Shown here: positions 50,707 through 60,632 of the stretch, in pieces | Layout: each line of letters opens with the position of its first letter | Numbering within the stretch: the first letter of the stretch is position 1 | Source of the DNA: an uncultured delta proteobacterium | GTDB taxonomy: Bacteria; Myxococcota_A; Polyangia; Polyangiales; B10-G4 | Reading direction: 5' to 3' | NCBI GenBank assembly: GCA_963727445.1 | Contig: CAVSGI010000015.1 | Location: forward strand, 352,001-416,000 | Length of the DNA: 64,000 bases | Made by a program: the position numbers and the translations under genes | Notes under the pieces: generated by a model | The model's database searches: none | What the model saw: the letters and a program-made list of their open reading frames with translations, nothing else | What the model was told of the DNA's origin: nothing

Positions 50707-51501
50707 TCAGCGGCGGCGTCGGGAGGCCGAGGACGTCGTGTCGACCGGCTGCTGTCGCGGTGGTGGTGTGACCGGGGTCTCGCGCGGCGGCGTGGTGTGG
50801 ACGGGCTCGGGGGTCTCCTCGAGGGTCCCAGGGCCAGTGGACGTGGTCGTCATGGCGGGCGTGGTCGTCATGGCGGGCGTGGTCGTCGTGGTGGACCTGG
50901 TCGTCGTGGTGGACATCGTCGTTCGGCGTCGTCTCGGTCTCGGCGTCTCGGCGGGTGGTGGGCCGGTGGCCGGCGGCCCGGCGTCGGGCGGGCCGGCATC
51001 GACGGCGCCCTCGTCCGGCTCCCACTGCTCACCCCGCATACGCGCCTCGTGCTCGGCCTCCGAAATGGGCTGACCGTTCCACGTGGCCGGCAGCCATGCC
51101 CGGGTGGTGTGGCAGTCCCCGCAGGTGAGCGGGAAGGTGAGGTGGTCCGGGAAGGTGTCGTCGTCGTAGGTGTCGCGGTGACAGTCGACGCACGCGCCCC
51201 CCATCCCCTCGAACACCGGCGGGTCGTCATCGTGACAATCGAAGCATTCGACGTGTGCGTGCGCGCCGGTCAGCGGCCACTCGTGCTCGACCACCCGCCG
51301 CGGCCTCCACCTCTCGGTGGTGTGGCACACCGCGCATGTCGTCGGCTTCTCCCCCACGTGATGTCGCGCCCCCTGGTACTCCTCGAGATGGCACGACGCG
51401 CATCGCGCCGAGCCCGCGTCGGGCGAGGCCTCACCACCGTCCGCGCAGCCGAGGAGCGAAAGGCAGAGGAGCCACGAGCCGATGGCGCGCGCGGCGCGCA
51501 T
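50707..51501 (-). CDS. Pentaheme cytochrome c lipoprotein with Pro/Thr-rich C-terminal tail
   Basis: Lipobox LLGC; CASCH, CAVCH, CFDCH, CVDCH and CGDCH; ATG overlaps the NOX stop (TGATG). Confidence 0.85.
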   Translation of the reverse strand: MRAARAIGSWLLCLSLLGCADGGEASPDAGSARCASCHLEEYQGARHHVGEKPTTCAVCHTTERWRPRRVVEHEWPLTGAHAHVECFDCHDDDPPVFEGMGGACVDCHRDTYDDDTFPDHLTFPLTCGDCHTTRAWLPATWNGQPISEAEHEARMRGEQWEPDEGAVDAGPPDAGPPATGPPPAETPRPRRRRTTMSTTTTRSTTTTTPAMTTTPAMTTTSTGPGTLEETPEPVHTTPPRETPVTPPPRQQPVDTTSSASRRRR

Positions 51502-53492
51502 CAGAACACCTCCTCACGAAACGGCATGCCGAGCGACTCGCATGCACGCCGGACCTTCGCGCCGAGCCCCGGCGGGCCACAGAAGTAGACGGAGACCTTT
51601 TCGCCGCGGTGCGCCTTCTTGATCGCGGCGAGCTCCTTCTTCCAGCTCGGCGCGCTCATGCGCGTCTTGGCCCGAAGGCCGGTCGCGAGGTCCGTCCGGC
51701 CGTATGCGTGTGCGAGCTCGCGCGCAGCTTCGAGCCCGAACGCCGTCGCACCCGTGCGCCCGCCGGTCATGTGGAGGTGGAGCTCGAGCACGTCGCGCGC
51801 GTCGCGTCTCTCGACTTCGGCGAGCAGATCCCGGAACCATTCGAAAGAGCGCTGATCCCGGTTGAGCCAGAAGAAGTGCGCCTTGTCGAGGTTGGGACCG
51901 CTTCCATCCTCGCGCGAGACGATGCTCTCGAGCACGCTGGCGAAAGGCGTGACGCCGATGCCCGCGCCGATGAGCACAGCGACGCGCGACTGGAAGATGT
52001 GGGCGCTCGGTGAGCCGTAAGGCCCGTCGAGAAACACGAAGAGGTCGTCCGGCGCCTCCCCGCTTCGCGCCTCCGCCAGGCTTCGGAGAGCCTCCGTCCA
52101 GTTGCCGAGCGAGCGCACGTGGAGGGTGATGGTGTCGCGCTCGGGCGCGCTGCTGATCGTGAACGGGTGCCACTCGTGCTTTGCCACGGCGGGGATGCGC
52201 ACGAAGACGTAGTCCGCGGGCGAGAACGAAAAGCCGAGGGGCCGCTCGATCTCCACCCGCGTGACTCCGGACTTCAGCGGCTCGATCGCGAGGATGCGTG
52301 CGCGCCGACCACGCCGGAGCGCGCGAAAGAGCTGCTCGACGCCGAAACCGAGCAGAGGCAGCCCCAGCCACAAGAGGACGTGCGGCGCGTGAATGACGAG
52401 GAGAACGAGCAGCGGCGCATAGAGCAGGTGCGTGAAGTAGAAGATCTCGAAGCGCCGCGAGCGCCGGAAGAAGCCGAGAGCGGCGATCCACATCACGACG
52501 AAGATCACGACGAGCAACGAGCCCGTGAGCCCCGTCTTCGTCTCGAAGAGCGCATGGGTGATCGGCTCGTCGTGCCCCGCGGAGTAACTCGCGACGAAAG
52601 CGCCCACGTGAGCCAGGCTCCCGAAGAAGAACGTGTGCCCCACGACCTTGTGGAAGGCGACCGCGGAGTCGATCGGGATGAGGCGCCCGAGAAAGCTGGC
52701 GCGCAGCCGCGTGAGAAACCGGCGCGCCACGGGCACGAGCACCACACCCGCGTCGAAGGCGAGCGCTGCCCCGGTGGCGCGCCCGACGCGCATCATCACG
52801 TGCTCCCCCAGGACCATGTTGTACGTCGCGACGAAGAGCCCGACGTTCATCAGCGCGAAGGCGGCGAGCACGATGCCGCCCCGCACGTGGTTTTCGACGA
52901 AGCGCGCGAACGCGTTCGGCTCGGGCTCGCCACCCGTCTCGTCGGTCAGGCGTGCGACCACGTCGCGACCCGGGGCCATCCACAGAGCCTCGGCGCGTGC
53001 CATCTCGTGAAGGAGCTCCGGGCGCGCACGAACGAGTCGCTCGAGCTCCGCGAAGGAGACGCGCCCGTCGCGGTCGGCGTCGAGCGCCTGGAGCAACCCG
53101 AGCGCGAGCGTCTCGGGCGAGTGCTCCTCGTCCGGCTCGATGTCGTCCTCGGCGAGGCCGATGGCGATCATCCGCTCGAGCTCCGTCTGCGACAGATATC
53201 CGTCGCCGTCGTGGTCATGCAGACGAAACGCGAAGGTGAGGCGGTCGTTGTCGGTGCCGTAGACGAGCTTGCGCACACCTTCCATGAACTCCGCGCGGCT
53301 GACGGATCCGTCCGCGTCGGTGTCCAGCTGCGCGAGCATGCGCTGGGCCAGGTACTCGCTCTTCAGCCCGAGCGCTTCCTTGAGCGATTCGACGTCGATG
53401 TGCGGCGCGTCCCCGGCGATCTGATCGAATCGGTGCTGGAGCAGATCGAGGGTCTGGGCCCCGGGCTTTGCGCGACGCGGCGAGTCGGTCAT
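51501..53492 (-). CDS. EF-hand NOX5-like NADPH oxidase / ferric reductase family flavocytochrome
   Basis: EF loops DTDADGSVSRAE, DHDGDGYLSQTE and DADRDGRVSFAE; heme His pairs spaced 14 and 13; TGLTG; HPFTISSAP; DGPYG; GAGIGVTPF; FCGP; C-terminal EVF; GGAGG RBS. Confidence 0.9.
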   Translation of the reverse strand: MTDSPRRAKPGAQTLDLLQHRFDQIAGDAPHIDVESLKEALGLKSEYLAQRMLAQLDTDADGSVSRAEFMEGVRKLVYGTDNDRLTFAFRLHDHDGDGYLSQTELERMIAIGLAEDDIEPDEEHSPETLALGLLQALDADRDGRVSFAELERLVRARPELLHEMARAEALWMAPGRDVVARLTDETGGEPEPNAFARFVENHVRGGIVLAAFALMNVGLFVATYNMVLGEHVMMRVGRATGAALAFDAGVVLVPVARRFLTRLRASFLGRLIPIDSAVAFHKVVGHTFFFGSLAHVGAFVASYSAGHDEPITHALFETKTGLTGSLLVVIFVVMWIAALGFFRRSRRFEIFYFTHLLYAPLLVLLVIHAPHVLLWLGLPLLGFGVEQLFRALRRGRRARILAIEPLKSGVTRVEIERPLGFSFSPADYVFVRIPAVAKHEWHPFTISSAPERDTITLHVRSLGNWTEALRSLAEARSGEAPDDLFVFLDGPYGSPSAHIFQSRVAVLIGAGIGVTPFASVLESIVSREDGSGPNLDKAHFFWLNRDQRSFEWFRDLLAEVERRDARDVLELHLHMTGGRTGATAFGLEAARELAHAYGRTDLATGLRAKTRMSAPSWKKELAAIKKAHRGEKVSVYFCGPPGLGAKVRRACESLGMPFREEVF

Positions 53493-53587
53493 GGGCTCGT
53501 CGGCTTCCTCCTCCGAAGCGACCCTCTGATAGGCGCGCCTCGCTGTAAGGCCACCAGGGACCTGCGGACGGCGCCTGCCTGCGGATC

Positions 53588-56525
53588 CTACGTGTACTGC
53601 CAGAACGCGCAGGCGGCGGTCTCGTCGGCGTTCACGAAGACGTAGACCACACCGAAGAGCCCTGCGTCCGGCCAGTCGTCCTTCGCGCCTCCGATGCCGT
53701 CGAAGTCGAGCTGAAGGAGGAAGCGATAGGGAACCTGGCCCTTGCCGAGGATCTCGCGCGGGTGCTGCACCCAGGTTGGCGTGCCGCCGATCTTCGAGAA
53801 CCCGTCCGAGCGCGGCAGGTCGAGGGCTTCGAGGGCCTCGGCGAGCTCGGGATCGCGCTGCGTGAGAGGCGAGGCGCGCGCCTCGTCGATCTCCCACGTC
53901 GGCTCCGAGACCATCAGGGCGCGTGCGTCGAGCACGGGCCCCATCGGATCGCACGCCGCCGCCCTGCCGAAGTCTTCCTTGGAGATCAGGCGCACGCGAT
54001 TGTGCAGCAGGCTCTCCGTCGCGATGCCGCTCGTGTCGACCCAGACCGAGACGCCCGCGTGCTTCTTCAGGAGATCGCCGGTCTCGATCTGGAGCAGGAG
54101 ACCGAGGGGATGCGAATCGCTCCCGTCGCGGAGCTCGCCCATCACCTCTTCGCGCTGTTCCTCCGGAACCTCGAAGAAGTTCAGCTCCTCGGGCAGGTGC
54201 CAGGTCAGCTGCTGCAGCACCTCCCTTTCGGTGGTGGGCCACGCGTCGAGCCCTCCGTCGGCCGGGAGGCCCCCGAGGTGGCTTCCCTTCACGGGGTCGC
54301 TCGCCGGACCGCCGAGGCTGATGGTGCGCATCGGTACGCATGCGAGGCGCTTCAGCTGCTCTTCGCCGAGCTCCTTGGCCGACACGAACCCGTTCTCGCG
54401 AGCCCCAGCGACGAGCTCATCGAGCTTCGTGAGGGCGGCCTCCGGAGACTTCGCTTTGGCAGGCTCGGCTTCGATGGCGGTACCGACCTCGCCCTCTTCG
54501 ACCAGCACCTCCTTGCCCGTCGTCTTCGCGAACCACACCATCGCCCCGTCGTCGTCGACCCGGTAGAGAGCCGCGCTCCGCGACTCCACCACGTCCCCAG
54601 CGCCCGTTCGTTCCCCGAGCTTGGCCGCCTCGTCGAAGGCCTCCCCGAGAGCGAGCGTGTAGTGCCCCCATGCGTCGTCGGGGTTCTGCACGTGGAGCGT
54701 TCGCGTCGTGGGATCGAAAGCCCAGTCGTCGCAGATCACGCGGAACGCCATGTCCTCGTTCGTGTGTCCGAGGCGCAAGTCGTCGGGCAGCGTGAAGGAC
54801 CCCAACTCGTCGCAACCCCCGAGGTCGAAGCGGAAGATGCTCCCGCTCCGGAAGTTCACGATGAGCGTTTGCCCCGTCTTCGGATCCGAGGCGACGGCCC
54901 GCCACGAGTCGTCGTTGAGCTCTCCCATCTTCGGCGGAAGCACCGGTTTGAAGACGTCGCCTTCGAGCACCGCCGCCTCCTCCCAGCCGATCCGGACGGC
55001 CGCCCCGAGGCCGTGATCCCAGATCAAGTGGTAGCCGACCTCGAAGTCGTCTTTGCCGCGGGCGTAGCCCTTGGGTTGCGGTGAGCTCTTCTTCGCCTTT
55101 TTCCACGACCCCTTGGCCGCATCGAAGAGGAGCACCTGGTTCGAATCTGCGCCCCTTGGTCCGGCCGCCCCACACGACGATGCGCTCTTCCCTCGGATCG
55201 AAGACGAGCTTCGTCCACATGCGCAGCTTCCAGAGCTTCGCGTCGGGGTCGGCCTTCTGCACCCACCGCCCGTCCTCGAGTGCGAAGACATGACCTTCGT
55301 TCGAGATGGCGAGGAGGCTACCGTCACTGGTCTCGACCATGCCTGCGAGGGCGTGCGTATTGCCGCCGCTCCCGCCACCGTCCCAGAGGTCCTTCTGATC
55401 GCTCTTTCCGACGATCGTCTTCCAGCCGTCGTCCGTCCACTCGATCAGCGTCAGGTAGTAGTTGCCCATCATGCGCCAGCGCCCACCCACGAAGATGCCG
55501 AAGCGCTTTGCATACAGATCGCCGACCGCGCTCTTCTTCTCCGTCACACCGAGCTTCTTCCAGCTCCCGCGCCTCTCGACGTAGAAGACGTGTTGATCCT
55601 CGGGATACTTCTCCTCTGCAGGCTCGTAGCCGCCTGGCCCCGTGACGAACCCGCCCAGGGACGCATCGAAGGTCGCGTGTGCCTTCCGGGAGGCGGGCCG
55701 CGGGTCGCCATCCTCGCCCCACGGCTTCCAGCCCCCATCGTAGATCAGCGTCCCACGCCTCCAACCACAGAGCGCGACGACGCCATCCGGGTGGGAGACG
55801 AGAATCGGCCCGGTGTTCATCCAGCCGGTGATCAGATCCTCGTGCATGCCGTCGTTCGGCAGCAACTCGAGCGTCTCGCCGTCCCAGGCGTAGAGCCACA
55901 GGCGGTCTTCTTCTTCCGCGTCCTCACACACCCAGTAGAAGAGCGTGCGCTCGGTCTTCGGATCCCAGACCCCGCCGAGGCACTCCTCCTTCCAATTCGC
56001 GTCGTTCGGCAGATCCGCGTCGTCGCGCTTCTTCGCCCACACACCCTCGGCGTCGAGCTCCCACACGCCGAGACCTGTGACGCACACGGTGACGCCCCGC
56101 TTTCGGTCGTAGGCGAAGCAGCCACCCGTGTCGTCCGAGTCCTCGAGGCGCTTCGGGTGATCGCCCGAGAGCTCGAGCATCTCGGGGCCCTCGGCTGTCA
56201 GGATCACCGCGTAGGTCATGTCCGAGTAGTCGCGTGCGTTGCAGAAGTTCCACGCGACGACGGCTTCGCGCGACACGTCGTAGACGCCCTGCCATCGTTG
56301 CTTCGGGCTCTCGGTCCGAACGGCGACGTCGCTCACCTGAACGAAGGACGCGCCATCCCACTCCCAGGCATGCCCGAACTGGTGGAAGTCCGGCGAGTGC
56401 ATGTAGATCGTCCTCTGCCGCTTCTCGTCGTAGACGAGCACGTAGTCCGCGAGGAACTCGCGCTTCGGCGGCAGCTCGATCGACGCCTCGCGCAGAGGTC
56501 CCGCCTGTGTGAACGCTAGCTCCAT
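53588..56525 (-). CDS. Large Trp-rich beta-propeller protein with WGR-like and C-terminal DUF1963/YwqG-like regions, with a +1 frameshift near 55144
   Basis: ORFs 54417..56525 and 53588..55378 join after removing one base in GCAGATTCGAAC; SHLGGLP, SKIGGTPTWVQ, FLLQLD and FWQYT motifs. Confidence 0.7.
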
Positions 56526-56607
56526 GACGCCTCTCCCGGTGAACCGGCGAGTCTACGCGCCGGCGCCGTGAGCGTCTCGTCTTCGAGATCGCCCTGCCCG
56601 GGCGGTG

Positions 56608-57642
56608 TCAGCCGCCGTGGTCCGACAGCCACGTGCGGAGCTGATCGCGCCGGCGCTCTGCTCTCGTGATCTCTCGCTGGATCCGCTGCGCGATGGTCTC
56701 GTCTTTGTGCTTCGTCCGGTGCTTGAGTGCCTTGAGTCGTTCCTCGAGGTCTCGTAGCTCCTGACAGAGCACGTCCCGTGCGGCGGCGCGCTCGGCCTTG
56801 TCGAACATGATCTCGTCCGGGATGTCGTCGTGGTCCTCGGCGGTCGGGGACGGCGTCGCCGGGATGAAGCGGTGCTCCGCGGGCGGCTGCCGGAGGTTGA
56901 GGAAGGGCGGCGAGACGATCTCCACCCCGCCATGATGAAGCACGTCGAGCATGTGCTTCTTCAGATCGGAGCGAGCCTCGATCAACTCCCGCACGTCACG
57001 CAGGAGCCCCGCGACCCGGTAGACGACCGCGTAGTCGCCGAGCTCGCAGATCATGACGAACGCGTCCTCGAGCCCCGCGTCGGCGGCGCTTTGCACGAGG
57101 AGCTCTTCGACCCTCCAATGCGGTACGTCGTAGCCGAGGGATATGTCTGCGTGCACGAAGGTCCCCGAGCCCTGGACGACGGTGACCGGGCGACCGATGA
57201 GGTACTGGTTGGGCAACGTCTCGAGGTTGCGATAGGGCGTCTGGATCTGAACGTGGAGCAGGCCGATCTCCGTGACGCGTCCGATGTGCGCCTCGACCAT
57301 GAGGAAATCGCCTGGGCGAAAGCCCTTCACGACCCGCAGCATCAGGCCCGCCATCGCGTTGCCCACGAAGGTGCTCGAGGAGAACGCGACCGCGGCGCTC
57401 CCCAGGATCCCGAGCAGCGCCAGGATGCGGCTCTTCGTCTCGTCGCCCACCGGCAGCGCGAGGACGACCAGCACCGCGAGCACGATGTTGAGGAAGAGCA
57501 GGAGCGCCTGCCGGTAGAAGCGCTGCTCTCCGATCGGCCCACCCCCGCGGACGAGCAGAAGCCAGCGCAGCAGGAACAGAAGCCCTACCCCGACCACCGC
57601 CGTGACGAGCAGCGGGATCCAATCAGCGATCGCGAGGATCAC
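56608..57642 (-). CDS. MscS-family mechanosensitive channel
   Basis: SSSTFVGNAMAGLML, FRPGDFL, GRVTEIGLL, EIVSP and a coiled-coil tail. Confidence 0.85.
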   Translation of the reverse strand: MILAIADWIPLLVTAVVGVGLLFLLRWLLLVRGGGPIGEQRFYRQALLLFLNIVLAVLVVLALPVGDETKSRILALLGILGSAAVAFSSSTFVGNAMAGLMLRVVKGFRPGDFLMVEAHIGRVTEIGLLHVQIQTPYRNLETLPNQYLIGRPVTVVQGSGTFVHADISLGYDVPHWRVEELLVQSAADAGLEDAFVMICELGDYAVVYRVAGLLRDVRELIEARSDLKKHMLDVLHHGGVEIVSPPFLNLRQPPAEHRFIPATPSPTAEDHDDIPDEIMFDKAERAAARDVLCQELRDLEERLKALKHRTKHKDETIAQRIQREITRAERRRDQLRTWLSDHGG

Positions 57643-58712
57643 GGAACGCCGTACATCTCGCGCCAGGCCGGATCGAAGAGGTAGTTGCCGCTGGCGTCGG
57701 TGGGGGAGTTGGAGGAGACGGCCGTCGAGCAGTGCGGATAGCCGTTGGGCTCCGAGCTGATGAGCTGGCGGGAGTCGCCGTAGGGCCGGCTCGCGCCGTC
57801 GATGCTGGTGGGCGTTCCGAGGAGGCCGCCCGCGGCCCAGGCGTCGAGGTGGCCCGAGTGCTGGGGGTCGTCGGTGTGTGAGAAGCCGTAGATGTCGCCG
57901 ATGTCGGTCGCGGGGGAGTCGCCGATGTTCCAGTAGCCGGCGGAGTGCATCACCGCGCGATGGAACGGCCGCCGCGAGGCGAAGAGACCGGTGCTGGTGC
58001 CGCCGTGGGAGATGCCGGCGATGATCACGTCCTCGTAGCGGAGGGTGTCGTCGTCGTTCAGGTAGTAGCCCCAGTCGCCGCCGGGGTGCGCGGTCACGAG
58101 GTACTGCAGCATGACGATGACGCGCCCCTCGGCGCTGTCGGCGCGGCTGATGTCGATGACGCTCGACACGTCCTCGCCGGTGAGGGCCTCCCAGCGCACG
58201 TCGTCACTGCAGCTGCCGCCCATTCCGGCGCAGGGGTTGGTGCCGGTGCTGCTCCACCGGTTGTTGTAGTGGGGGATCACCACGTGGAAGCCGTAACTCG
58301 CGAGCTGCCGTCCGTGGTCGCGCCAGTTGCGCGGGATGTTGGTCGCACCCGGCAGGAAGAAGACGAGCTTGCCGAGAGGCTCGACGCGGGTGTCGAGCTG
58401 CGCGTACTGCGTCTCGATCGAGTCGGTCACCGTCGGATCGAGCGCCATCGGGTCGAGCTCGTGCTCGTAGAGCATCGGATCGCTGCGGTCGACCATCGGG
58501 CCTGTCGGTGTGGACCCATCGGCCACGGCGTCCGCTGCGGATCCGTCGGCGATCGTCGAATCGGGCGTCGAGCCATCACCCGCGCTCGTGTCGGGCGAGC
58601 CATCCATGGTCGCCGAGTCGGCGGTGGATCCGTCCGGGGTCGACGTCGTGCTGTCGTCGGAGCAGGCGAGGGCCGCGAGGGCGAGAACCAGGGCGAGCGA
58701 GAGGGTGCGCAT
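57639..58712 (-). CDS. Lipoprotein hydrolase (alpha/beta fold, BPSS1187-like)
   Basis: Lipobox ALAC; LVFFLPG, GISHGG and HTDD motifs. Confidence 0.65.
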   Translation of the reverse strand: MRTLSLALVLALAALACSDDSTTSTPDGSTADSATMDGSPDTSAGDGSTPDSTIADGSAADAVADGSTPTGPMVDRSDPMLYEHELDPMALDPTVTDSIETQYAQLDTRVEPLGKLVFFLPGATNIPRNWRDHGRQLASYGFHVVIPHYNNRWSSTGTNPCAGMGGSCSDDVRWEALTGEDVSSVIDISRADSAEGRVIVMLQYLVTAHPGGDWGYYLNDDDTLRYEDVIIAGISHGGTSTGLFASRRPFHRAVMHSAGYWNIGDSPATDIGDIYGFSHTDDPQHSGHLDAWAAGGLLGTPTSIDGASRPYGDSRQLISSEPNGYPHCSTAVSSNSPTDASGNYLFDPAWREMYGVP

Positions 58713-58799
58713 CCCGCCATCGTACCCGAACTGCAGCTTGCGAGCCGCCCGCGGTTCGGGCGTAGTGCTGCCCTACGCGTTTCGGCCGTAGCCTCGACG

Positions 58800-60545
58800 T
58801 CAGCGCACGAGCGCCAGCACGAGCCCGTCCTCGACCCATCCGCCTGTGACCTGTCCGTCGACCCCGAAGACGGAGTCGATGCGACCCGTGATGATCGCGT
58901 AGTCGCCGACACCCACGCCGTAGGCGAACTCTTCGGTGAGGGTGCCACCCACGATTCGCGACCAGCGGTGGGCACCGGTGGCGTCGTAGCTCACCCAGAA
59001 GATGCGCACTCGACCGCTGAGGCTGTAGGTCGTCTCGGTCTCGAAATCGAAGCCGCCCTGCATGTATCCGACGACGTAGACGTTGCCGTCTGCATCGAAC
59101 GCGACGTCGGTCGCGCGACTGGTCCCGCCCGCGTTGATGTTCTTCACGAAGTCGACGGCACCGTCGTTGTCGTACACCACCGCGTACGGGTCCCGATCGC
59201 TGCCCCCGGTGGAGGCGGTCACCGGTCCGTCGCCGAAGTCCACCATCCCGGTGAACGATCCCGCGATGACGACCTGGCCCGTGGTCGGCGAGACGGCCAA
59301 CGAGGTCACCGACACGCTGCCGAGGATCTCCTGAACCCAACGAAGCGTGCCGTCGGATCGATAGCTCGCCACGAAGTTGCCGGGCCCGGTTCGGGTCATG
59401 CCGCCGAAGTCCTCCGTCGCCCCGAAGGTCCCGGCGACGAACACGTTTCCCGACCCGTCACCGCCCACCCCCGACACCGAGGTGCCCACGATGCGTGACC
59501 ACTCCACCAGGCCACCGTTGCCGTACCGCGCGACGAAGCCACCGCCCGTGGCCGGGACGGTGACGCGCGTTCCTTCGAGCGCGATCTCTCCGAAGGCCTG
59601 GCCCCCGAGGTACACCTTTCCAGCAGTGTTGGTGGCGATCGCGGTGGCCTGGCCGTTGCCGGGGACACGGATCGACCACCGGTGCACGTCGTCCCCGGTG
59701 TAGCTGGCGAGGATCGGACTGCTGCCGCTGTCGCCCGCGGCGAAGGAGAGGTCGCCGCCTCCCAGGTCGATGGCATCCGAGGTCGCGTAGCCGGCGACGA
59801 ATACGTTGCCGGTCCCGTCGACCGCGACGTCGGCCAGGTCGTCTCGGGAGGTGCCACCCGCCGTCCGCGTCCAGCGCGGCGTCCCGTCCGAAGCGTATGC
59901 CTCGAGCTGAACGCCGTGAAAGCCGGAGATGTTCGATGCGATGACGTAGGCATTGCCGACCGCATCGACCGCGCCGTCGTTCGTCACCTCGTTCGTCATC
60001 GTGCTTCCGAGTCGGTCGATCCAGAGCGCGCTGCCCGGTCCACATGCAAACCAGTCGCATGCCGGGAAGTCGGGGTTCCACGTTCCGTCGTCACAGGTCC
60101 GCGTCTGCGTGGTGCTCGAACAGGCGCCTCCTGCGGGAGCCCGCGGTGCGGCGAAGCACTCGCGAGTCTCGGTGGTGCCGTGGGGTCGGCCGCTGCACGA
60201 GGCGAGCATGCCGGTGTCGGAGCCGCCGTCCGAGCCGCCATCCAGAGCGGCGTCGCCTCCTGCGTCCGACATCACGGCAGCATCGGCATCCGCGTCCGCT
60301 GCCGCGCCGTCCGGTGCGCCGTCCGCGATGGCGCCATCCGGAGTGGCGTCCATGGACGCGCCATCCACCATCGCCGAGTCCGGCGCTCCAGTGTCCGAAG
60401 TCCCCGTGTCCGCGGCTTCGCAGTATCCGTCCATGCAGCTGCCGAAAGGGCAATCAGCATCGGTGGTGCAGTTGCCGGCGCTGGCCCCGTCGTCGCCGCA
60501 AGCGGCGAGCAGTATCAGCACAGCACAGAGGTGGATCACTCGCAT
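58800..60545 (-). CDS. Lipoprotein with Cys-rich modules and SBBP-type beta-propeller repeats
   Basis: Lipobox LAAC; repeated 'AVDGTGNVFVAG'-type blades; ATG at 60545. Confidence 0.75.
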   Translation of the reverse strand: MRVIHLCAVLILLAACGDDGASAGNCTTDADCPFGSCMDGYCEAADTGTSDTGAPDSAMVDGASMDATPDGAIADGAPDGAAADADADAAVMSDAGGDAALDGGSDGGSDTGMLASCSGRPHGTTETRECFAAPRAPAGGACSSTTQTRTCDDGTWNPDFPACDWFACGPGSALWIDRLGSTMTNEVTNDGAVDAVGNAYVIASNISGFHGVQLEAYASDGTPRWTRTAGGTSRDDLADVAVDGTGNVFVAGYATSDAIDLGGGDLSFAAGDSGSSPILASYTGDDVHRWSIRVPGNGQATAIATNTAGKVYLGGQAFGEIALEGTRVTVPATGGGFVARYGNGGLVEWSRIVGTSVSGVGGDGSGNVFVAGTFGATEDFGGMTRTGPGNFVASYRSDGTLRWVQEILGSVSVTSLAVSPTTGQVVIAGSFTGMVDFGDGPVTASTGGSDRDPYAVVYDNDGAVDFVKNINAGGTSRATDVAFDADGNVYVVGYMQGGFDFETETTYSLSGRVRIFWVSYDATGAHRWSRIVGGTLTEEFAYGVGVGDYAIITGRIDSVFGVDGQVTGGWVEDGLVLALVR

Positions 60546-60632
60546 GACTGCAGGATACCGCGTCGGGTCACTCGCAGGCGCTCTCCTCGCTTCCCACGCG
60601 GCAGGACCCGGCCGACGCGCTATGATCGAGCG

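Noticed and set aside
53493..54341. 283-aa N-terminal extension of the NOX ORF
   Set aside because: Overlaps the upstream gene in another frame and is Arg-rich noise; a GGAGG RBS supports ATG 53492.
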